A DNA stretch of 44,450 bases, taken from contig JBCCQY010000063.1 in the NCBI GenBank assembly GCA_039208735.1, positions 1 to 44,450 of the forward strand, written 5' to 3'. Shown here piece by piece: positions 29,525 to 37,400 of the stretch. The stretch comes from Myxococcota bacterium. Its GTDB lineage: Bacteria; Myxococcota_A; UBA796; GCA-2862545. The translations under genes and the position numbers were made by a program. The notes under the pieces are model-generated. The model worked only from the letters and a program-made list of their open reading frames with translations, made no database searches and was not told where the DNA came from. Each line of letters starts with the position of its first letter. Within the stretch, counting starts at the first letter, position 1.

Positions 29525-31960
29525 TTAGAACGGCGCGGATCGACCGGCCGTCACGTAGGCCGCAAGTTGCGTCTGAAAGTCCTGCACCCGATCGATGAGT
29601 TGCAGGAATTGGGTGTCGGCCGTGGTCAACGTTGCGCCAAGCCCCTCGAGATGCCGGAGCGCCATCGCCACCCGAACCAGAGGATGCACCGCAACGCCCG
29701 AAGGCATGCCGTAGTAGTAGCGCGTCGTCACGGTCCGAAGCGCACGAGGTCGGCTCGACGAAATCGCGAATTGAGGCGACGTTCTTGACGTGGCCGAGGG
29801 CCCCATACGAAGGAAGCTGACCAAGCTCGGCCCTGCCACCGGAAGAATCGCGTCGAGGCGACGACGCAAAAAGCCTTGCCGGTCGGCCGAGGCCTGACGG
29901 GTCAGGGCAGGTGAGAGGGCCTCCATCACCGGATGAAGTCGCGTCATCGCCTGGTCATATTGCTCCTGTTCAGCGTAGTGGGCCCGGTGAGCGGCCTCCG
30001 TGCGTTCACCCAAGCTCCGCGTATCGGTTGGGCCGCTGAGCGGCTCCGCTTCAAGGCCGAAGGCGGCCGCATCCTGATAGCGTGCCCAGGCGCGACGCTC
30101 GAAGGTTTGCCGGCTCTGACGCGTGTTGCCCAGCGATACGCTGACCGCCGGCGTCACAACGAAATTCCGGGTCTGGATTCCTCCAATCGCCCGTGCAATG
30201 GCTTGATTCGCATCGTTCAACGTGGTGCCCCGAAGGGGTGGACTCACCTCGTTGTTGTTCACCAAATAGATGTTCCCACCCGTGCGATCAAAAATCACAA
30301 GCATGACGTGCGCCGGCACCGAGATGAGTTCGAACGCGAGATCGAGCCGTGGCCGCGCCACTCGTGCGGTACGAAATAGTTCGTAGGCCACCGTAAGCGC
30401 ATACACGCCACAGTCCCGCTCCACGCGACCCATGAGGTCAACGGGCATATCACTACGGAGGTAGCTCCGTCCAAAGTCGCGAATGTTGTACTCGGTGTGG
30501 GTCGTGAATGCCTGCAGAACCCGCCCCACAAAGATCATCAGCTGCTCGGTTGCATCCCCCCCTACCCGTTGGAAGACGCGGTACATGGCTCCGAACAGAC
30601 GAATGCGATGCTCCGCGTTCGTCGGATCGACCGCGCCCCTGCGAAAAGCAGATTGAACCTCTGGATGCCGCTGCACCTCGGCGAGCAGACCGGCCTGGGC
30701 CATCAGGCTATCCGCGATTTGATTCGTCTCGACGTATTGCGTCGAACGACCCACCTCCGAAGGCGGATCAAGGCCCGGAAGCTGGGTCAAGTCCTCTTCG
30801 ACACTGTTCTGCCCGTAGAGGCGGAGTGCGGCATTGCCCCGTGAATCCGTCACCGGTCGTACTTCGGCGATCATGGCTTGACCCGGGATCGTCGCCGTGT
30901 CGCGAATGTGCTGGTACAGCGCGACGGCACGAGCTCGATGGGCGGCATCGTCAGCCGGGCGTCCATCCGCGTGTGCCTCGACCGCGAGTTGCTCGTAAAA
31001 GCCTAGGATGTCGCGCATCTCATCGTAGATGCCGTCGATGTCGAGGTAGGTGAAGATTCGCGTCAACGCGAAGACGTCACCCGCTTGGTTCGGCAGCGCT
31101 GTCGACGAAAGGGTGGTTCGCCGCCGCTCGGTGTAGCGCAACAGGTCGTTCTGAAGAAGGATCCAGGCGCTCGTAAACAGGTCGGTGGCTTCGGCGTGCC
31201 GCCCACCCCGAGCTGCGCGCCGGGCCCGCTCGATGAACACCTGAGGTCCGGATTGAAGAAAGCCAGTTCGGCCCACCTCCCCCGGACCATTTCCCGTCAG
31301 CTCCTGGTTGAGTCGCGTAAGGATGGCCTGGCCATCGGCCGCATGGCCATGGGCGTAGAACCAATCTGCGAGCTCTACCCCATGGGCCCTCAAATCGGCC
31401 CCCTGGGTCATCGCGGCCGCGGCGCGCCGCGCTACCGCCAAGCGTTGTTCTGGCGTGACGGCCTGGGACAAGTCCGAGCTGGCCCACTGAATCGGCAGCT
31501 CGTCGAAGGCTTGCCACGCGGTCGCAAAGTCGTTGGCTGGTGTCGCCTCGGGAGCGGTCTGGCGTGCCACCTGAAGCGGCGTCGCCAAGGGAATGCCCTG
31601 ATCGGCAGCGCGTTCAGCCGAATCACCGGGTTGGGTGAGCGGGACCGTGGTGGCCCAATCGGGTTCGCGGAGCCCTTGCTGCACTGCGTGACGGGCCTCG
31701 TGCTTCAGGAGTTGAGGGGTCGCGGTCTCGCCCAACACGATGTGACGCCCCAGGGTGAACGCAGACGCATTCAACGAAGTGGCAGCTCGTTCCGCTTCAG
31801 GGCCGTCGTGCACCCGCACGCGGGACAAATCAAACCCCACTGCAGCGTCTGCCGACTCATCCAGCGCTCGCCCCGATTGACGGAGGAGCGAGGCCAATGG
31901 CGCCGTTCGAACCCGAGGGCCCGAATGGGACGCGTCATGTTCTCGAGCCGCGGGGTCCAT
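29525..31960 (-). CDS. DUF4157 (eCIS core domain) protein; putative effector with a papain/transglutaminase-like domain
   Basis: DLSRVRVHDG..A...A..LNASAFTLG.HI....LLKHEARHAVQQ; later DCGVYA...AHVMLV...YLVNN. Confidence 0.85.
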   Translation of the reverse strand: MDPAAREHDASHSGPRVRTAPLASLLRQSGRALDESADAAVGFDLSRVRVHDGPEAERAATSLNASAFTLGRHIVLGETATPQLLKHEARHAVQQGLREPDWATTVPLTQPGDSAERAADQGIPLATPLQVARQTAPEATPANDFATAWQAFDELPIQWASSDLSQAVTPEQRLAVARRAAAAMTQGADLRAHGVELADWFYAHGHAADGQAILTRLNQELTGNGPGEVGRTGFLQSGPQVFIERARRAARGGRHAEATDLFTSAWILLQNDLLRYTERRRTTLSSTALPNQAGDVFALTRIFTYLDIDGIYDEMRDILGFYEQLAVEAHADGRPADDAAHRARAVALYQHIRDTATIPGQAMIAEVRPVTDSRGNAALRLYGQNSVEEDLTQLPGLDPPSEVGRSTQYVETNQIADSLMAQAGLLAEVQRHPEVQSAFRRGAVDPTNAEHRIRLFGAMYRVFQRVGGDATEQLMIFVGRVLQAFTTHTEYNIRDFGRSYLRSDMPVDLMGRVERDCGVYALTVAYELFRTARVARPRLDLAFELISVPAHVMLVIFDRTGGNIYLVNNNEVSPPLRGTTLNDANQAIARAIGGIQTRNFVVTPAVSVSLGNTRQSRQTFERRAWARYQDAAAFGLEAEPLSGPTDTRSLGERTEAAHRAHYAEQEQYDQAMTRLHPVMEALSPALTRQASADRQGFLRRRLDAILPVAGPSLVSFLRMGPSATSRTSPQFAISSSRPRALRTVTTRYYYGMPSGVAVHPLVRVAMALRHLEGLGATLTTADTQFLQLIDRVQDFQTQLAAYVTAGRSAPF

Positions 31961-32004
31961 CGGCGCGACGATAGCACGGGGGGCGACCTGCTATCTTCCC
32001 GCCC
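31961..32004. promoter_or_regulatory. Symmetric bidirectional extended -10 promoter, probably leaderless in both directions
   Basis: Plus strand TG-C-TATCTT-N7-ATG(32005); minus strand TG-C-TATCGT-N7-ATG(31960); no SD for either gene. Confidence 0.65.
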
Positions 32005-33948
32005 ATGACTGCCCACGACGCGTCCATGTCCTCCGTGTTGCCCGCTGCGCTGGCCGAGGTGCGCGCACGGCTCATGGCCCACGCCGCAAACCTCGGTCAT
32101 CTGACCACCGAAGCGGATTCGCCACCCCTAGACGCCGTGACCGAAACGGCCGAGGTGCTCGCCAACCGCCGAACCGCCGCAGGCGGCCATGACCCTGCCT
32201 CCGTATTGGCCCGGGTTTGCGGGCTCACCCCCTTTGAGACCCATGTCGTCTTGCTGCTGGCGGCAAGCCAACTCGACGAGACCAGCCAAGGCCTACTCCG
32301 GGCCATGGGAGGGAGCACCCCCGCCCTCGCCATGGCGATGCTTCCGGCCCCGCACTGGACCGCGTGGACCCCCGAAGGCCCGTTGCGTCGATGGCACCTG
32401 GTCGAGCTTGACGCGTCGAGCGGACTGCTGACCGCTCGGCTCCGCCTCGATGAACGCGTGCTCCTCCACTTGGTCGGGCTTGCCCCGATGGATGCCTCCA
32501 TCCGGCCAAGGGTGTCGCCCATCCACGCCCGCTGGTCCCCCCCCGATCGGTGGTTCGAGGCCGCGACCACGGTGGTCCACGCGTTGCAGTCGGCTCCCCC
32601 GTGGCCCGTCGTGAGCGTCCAGGGGAGCCGAGCGGTGCCCGCCGCGTGGCTGCGATCGGTCTGTGATGACATGGGCCTTGAGCCTTGGCGAATGGCCGCC
32701 ACCGACCTCGTGTTGGGCCCCGAGGAACGATTGGCCTTGGCCCGGCGGTGGGACCGAGAAGCCGCCCTTGCAGGCCGTGCTCTGGTCGTCCAAGCGCACG
32801 ATGCAACCCCCGTCGAAGCAAAGGCCGTCGCAGAGTGGATTGGATGCGTGGCGGGGCCTGTCTTCGTGGTGGGTGAACTCCCCACCGACCCCCTCTCCCG
32901 GTCGGTGGTGCGGGTCACCTTGCCGCGTCTTCGGGCCGGCGACCGGGAGGTGCTCTGGGAGGAGGCTCTTGGGGGCGAGTCGGTTCCGCTTTCGTCGACC
33001 CTCCGGTCGCTGGCCAAGACGTTCCCCTTGGCCCCTGCCGACATCGTTCAGGTGGCGAGCCGCGTTCAAGGCCGACCGGGCGACGACCCCGACGTCGTCG
33101 AGCATCTCTGGCAAGCCTGTCGCACCATCGCCCGACCGAGGCTCGATGGTCTTGCGCGCCACGTGGAGCCCGACGCCACGTGGGACGACCTCATCTTGCC
33201 CGCCGATCAGATCGACGTGATGCGCCTCATCGCCGCGAGAGCGCGCCAGCGGGTCCGCTTGACCGAAGAGTGGGGCTTTGGAGGAGCGTCGACCCGAGGA
33301 CTCGGATTGGCCGCGTTGTTTGCTGGGCCGAGCGGCGTCGGCAAAACGCTGGCGGCTGAGGTCATTGCCAACGATCTTGGGGTGGACCTCTTTCGCGTCG
33401 ACCTGTCGGCAGTGGTGAGCAAATACATTGGTGAGACCGAAAAGAACCTGCGACGCATTTTCGATGCAGCCGAGGATGGGGGGTCTGTGCTGCTCTTCGA
33501 TGAGGCAGATGCGCTATTCGGCAAGCGCTCCGAAGTGCGTGACAGCCACGATCGCTACGCGAACATCGAGGTGAGCTACCTCTTGCAGCGCATGGAGGCC
33601 CATCGAGGGGTAACGATTCTGACCACCAATTTGCGTCAGGCCCTCGATTCCGCCTTTCTACGCCGAATCGCATTCGTGCTCGAGCTAACGACCCCCGACC
33701 AGTCGCGGCGGCTTGCGTTGTGGACCCGAGCGTTCCCCTCCGCGACCCCCACCTCAGGACTCCAACCGGAGCGCCTGGCCCGTCTTGCGGCGACCGGCGC
33801 GGAAATCCGAAGCATTGCCTTGCATGCCGCCGCGATGGCCGCCGACGAAGATGCTCCGGTCACCATGCGCCACCTGGCCCGCGCGGTGCGCATCGAACTT
33901 GGCAAAGCGGGACGTCCGGTTCCCGAAGCAGAGCTGCGAGGCTGGTGA
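32005..33948 (+). CDS. eCIS AAA+ ATPase (Afp15/Pvc15-like)
   Basis: PL.RW.LV winged-helix-like N-terminal region, TWDDLILP, FAGPSGVGKT, VVSKYIGETEKNL, LLFDEADALFGKRSEVRDSHDRYANIEV. Confidence 0.96.
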   Translation: MTAHDASMSSVLPAALAEVRARLMAHAANLGHLTTEADSPPLDAVTETAEVLANRRTAAGGHDPASVLARVCGLTPFETHVVLLLAASQLDETSQGLLRAMGGSTPALAMAMLPAPHWTAWTPEGPLRRWHLVELDASSGLLTARLRLDERVLLHLVGLAPMDASIRPRVSPIHARWSPPDRWFEAATTVVHALQSAPPWPVVSVQGSRAVPAAWLRSVCDDMGLEPWRMAATDLVLGPEERLALARRWDREAALAGRALVVQAHDATPVEAKAVAEWIGCVAGPVFVVGELPTDPLSRSVVRVTLPRLRAGDREVLWEEALGGESVPLSSTLRSLAKTFPLAPADIVQVASRVQGRPGDDPDVVEHLWQACRTIARPRLDGLARHVEPDATWDDLILPADQIDVMRLIAARARQRVRLTEEWGFGGASTRGLGLAALFAGPSGVGKTLAAEVIANDLGVDLFRVDLSAVVSKYIGETEKNLRRIFDAAEDGGSVLLFDEADALFGKRSEVRDSHDRYANIEVSYLLQRMEAHRGVTILTTNLRQALDSAFLRRIAFVLELTTPDQSRRLALWTRAFPSATPTSGLQPERLARLAATGAEIRSIALHAAAMAADEDAPVTMRHLARAVRIELGKAGRPVPEAELRGW

Positions 33949-33961
33949 ACCAGGAACCCGT

Positions 33962-34375
33962 TTACGTCACCTCGACCACGTCGAGCGACGCCAACTCCCC
34001 AAGCTCGGGTTGACCAAAGAAGTCGCCCGCCCCGGGTCCAAGTACGAACTCGACCGTCGCGAGCAACTCGGTCCACGTTGCCTGGCGCTCCCACCGTTCT
34101 TGGTAGAGGCTGTCCGCCTCATGAGCCCACTGCGAAAGGGCCTCCACCAACTCGGGCGCCGAACCTGCCGCCTCGATCGTCGTGCCATCCACACCGGTCA
34201 ACCGCAAGACAACGCTGGGTTCAAGGCCGCGCGTAACCAGCACATCGCGCAACGAAGCAAGCCACGTCGCCGTCGACGGAGGGGCGGGGGCAAGACCCAG
34301 CAAGTGATTCAACAGACGGTTCTTGGGTCCATCGCCGATGACGCCTCGACCGCCGGAAAGATCCCACCACGCCAT
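33962..34375 (-). CDS. Hypothetical 137-aa protein, candidate immunity protein
   Basis: ATG 34375 (MAWWDLSG) with purine-rich SD, 28 nt after the toxin stop on the same strand; small, soluble-looking, acidic C-terminal half. Confidence 0.65.
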   Translation of the reverse strand: MAWWDLSGGRGVIGDGPKNRLLNHLLGLAPAPPSTATWLASLRDVLVTRGLEPSVVLRLTGVDGTTIEAAGSAPELVEALSQWAHEADSLYQERWERQATWTELLATVEFVLGPGAGDFFGQPELGELASLDVVEVT

Positions 34376-34403
34376 CGCGCCCCCTTCGCCATCTCCGGCG
34401 TTA

Positions 34404-37400
34404 CTACAGGCAATAACCCGCGGCACGAACGTCAGAATCCTGCCCGATACGCTCGGCCACCGCATCCCGATGACCCTGGCTCGAGATCTCTTCCCTTCGA
34501 TTGATCAGTTCGTTCATCGCAACGTCACGCTCAAAGTCCATGTTGAGTTGTTCGACCCAGGCCGCTTGGTCCTCGGTCGTCATTCCCACGACAATGGCTT
34601 CGATCCGAAAGCCGTCGGAGCCATCAGGGTTCGTGGCACTCTTGAACTCAAAGAAGCGACGCTGCTCTGCGGTCAGGTCGCTCCTGCGCAATTCTCGCCG
34701 AGCCTCGGAATGGTGACCTGAGGTCTCTCGAGTCTCCAGGCCCTGAACGGTGCGGCCAATGTAGACCACACCTGGGAAACGTGGGTTTGTACCGCGGTAG
34801 ACGATCTGCGATCCTCCAAAACCTAAATCGAGTGGCGTGTTGTGCACCAGCACGCCCTCACCAACGAAGAACGTTTGGGCGCCTTCCACCGACAGATTCC
34901 AGGTTGGAGCATCCAGCGCCTCGATGCGCTCATGGGACACAACGGGCCGTTCCTCGCCATTCATGCCCACCAGCCGTGCTCCAACCTCGAGCGACTGCGC
35001 CGCCACCCACCGGTCCCCGACCCGGAAGGGATGGGCTGCAGTGGCCAGAACCTCACCAACCGCGGTGGTCACCCGCCACCAGGCCCGGGTCTTCCCTTGA
35101 TGGACCTGGCTGACGGGACGCGCCACCACCCCTTGGCCTGGTTGCCAGGCCAACACGAGAGATCCCACCTCGATGGAATGGATGGGTACTGGACCATCTG
35201 GCGTATGCACCAACGTCGATTCCTCGAAGCACGGCAGACGTCCCCTCGAATGCGGGTCCAAGAGGGCCTCGAGCCGAGCGACCTCGGATGCCGTCGAACG
35301 GGTCTGTGCGGCAAGGGTATCGAACGGCGAAAGCCGACGACGCCCTCCGCCGGGCGGGGGCTCCGGCGCCGAGACGCGAAGGCGCTGAATCTCCTCCCAA
35401 ATGGCGTCCCTGCGTTCTTGTGCCGCTGCAAAAGCTTCACGATTGGCGGCGCGCTCGCCAGGCCCCGCACGCTCAGAAATGGCCTGTAAGCTTCGCTGTC
35501 GGATCGTCTCAGCGTCGACCGCGGCCTCCCGATGCAGGCGACGCAACTCGGTCAAGTGCTCACCCAGGCGCTGCCGCTGGGCTTCCAGACTTTCGAGCCG
35601 CAGGCGGGCCTCGACCAGTCGCTGTTGGGGCTGATCGTTACCTGTAGTGATCTCAGGCAAGTCCTCCCCAATGAACTCGGGAATTCCATGCACCTGGAGC
35701 GGATCGTCAGGGTCAATCTCCGCTCGCGGAGCTCCGTCCTCTCCGTCGGCGCGGGGCGTCCCGCTCTCCCCGTCAGGACGAGCCGGCCCGTCCTCTCGCG
35801 CGCGCTGCCGAGCCCGATCGCTTGCGCCACTGGTGTCATCGGCGGCTACGAAACCCCGCCCTGGATCGACCGAGTCAATTTGACCCTCGTGGTATGCCAG
35901 CTGTTCCCGAAGACCGGCAATCTCCGCCTCAATTCCCGCAAGTTCAATGGGGTCGAGGGGGTCAGACTGCTCGCCGGCATTGCGGATCCGCTCCTGAATC
36001 TGGTCACGGATGCCCTCAATCTCGGAGAGCATCCGACGCAGTTTGCGAACCTCGAAGCGCGACTCAAAGCCGGCCCGGCCGTATCCTGGCAAGCGGGTGA
36101 AGATCTCGGTAATTCGGCTACCGAGGCGCCGAACCATCCCCAATGGCCCCTCGAATCGACGAAGCGCGTGCAGGGTTTCAAGATGCTGCTGGACACGGCG
36201 ACGACTCGCCCGAGGACCGACTTCGAGCCGCACCTTGCCGCGTCGGTAGCGGACCCGGACGCCATTGCCGAGTTCGGGGTTCTCAACCAGACGGCCTTGG
36301 CCTGACGCATCGCCGAGGAGCGCATCCAGTTCGAGTGCACGGGCGGAGGGGCCTTCGGAAGGCGGACGGCCTTCCGCACCCTCGGGCCGGCGTGCTCCCT
36401 CGTCCCCATCGCGAGGGGCCGTCTCTTCGCGAGGCGTGGTTCCGCCCTCTTCCTGTGGGCGTGGACGGGGAGACTCGTCCCCGGGAACCCGCGCCGGGCC
36501 ATCGGCATCGTCCCGCGGAGCACGGGTGGGCTCGGGACCCGCCGAAAGCAGCTGCATGGCCGAACCCACCGCCATGAGCCCACCCTGCACCGCCCGCAAC
36601 ACGGCCTCCGCCCGACGTGCGGCCCGTTGCCCATCCGAAAGGCTGGGGTCCTCTTCGATCTGCCGCAGCTCCATCTCGAGCGACAGGGGAATGATGATGA
36701 GCTGCATCCCTAGATCGGTGACGGCGTAGATGTGGAGCAAGCCGCTGATGCGCTCGACCCGCGAAGCCCAACGCGGCACGGCACTGGCCGCGGTGACGCC
36801 AACCCCCGCCAAGCCCACGACGCCACCGACGATCGCGGCCACGTCCATGATGGCTTCGAAATCCCACTCGAACCGGTCGTCGCGCGTCCGTCGCGCCAAA
36901 CGGTCGATCGCCACGACCGCGCCGGCCACCCCACCGACCGCACCAATCGCGACCCCCACCGGACCGGTGATCAACAGCCCGGCGAGAGCGGCCGCAGTGG
37001 CAAGGTCGCCCAGCCGTCGCATGACCCGAGCCCGCTGACCCGGGGCCATCCGCATGGCCGAGTCGATCGAGAGGTCGCCAACCGCCTCAATCAGGTTGGG
37101 GGGCAGCCGGATGGCGATGGTTCCCCGGCCGTACTCCGCGTTCTCCCTGAAGTCGACGAACGCATTGCGAATCGCTTCGTTGTGGCCCGCAAGCCCGCTT
37201 CGCGTCGAGACGGATCCGGTGTAGTAGCCCCGCGTGCGCTGGCTCGTGACGTCGGCCAGGACATAGCGACGACGCCCCTCCCGTGACCCCGCCACCTCGC
37301 CCAACAGCAAGATGAACTGCGTCACCATTCCGTTTTCTTCGGATGCCAGCGTCACCTGCGGTCGGTAGTTGGGTCCCGAAATCTGTCCTTCGGCTTGCAG

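Noticed and set aside
31085..32008. 307-aa plus-strand ORF
   Set aside because: Antisense to the DUF4157 effector; Arg/Gly-rich shadow composition.
34404..35231. HINT + GIY-YIG as a mobile intein with a homing endonuclease
   Set aside because: The nuclease lies after the terminal His-Asn, outside the splicing domain, and is followed by an immunity-like gene; this is toxin architecture.
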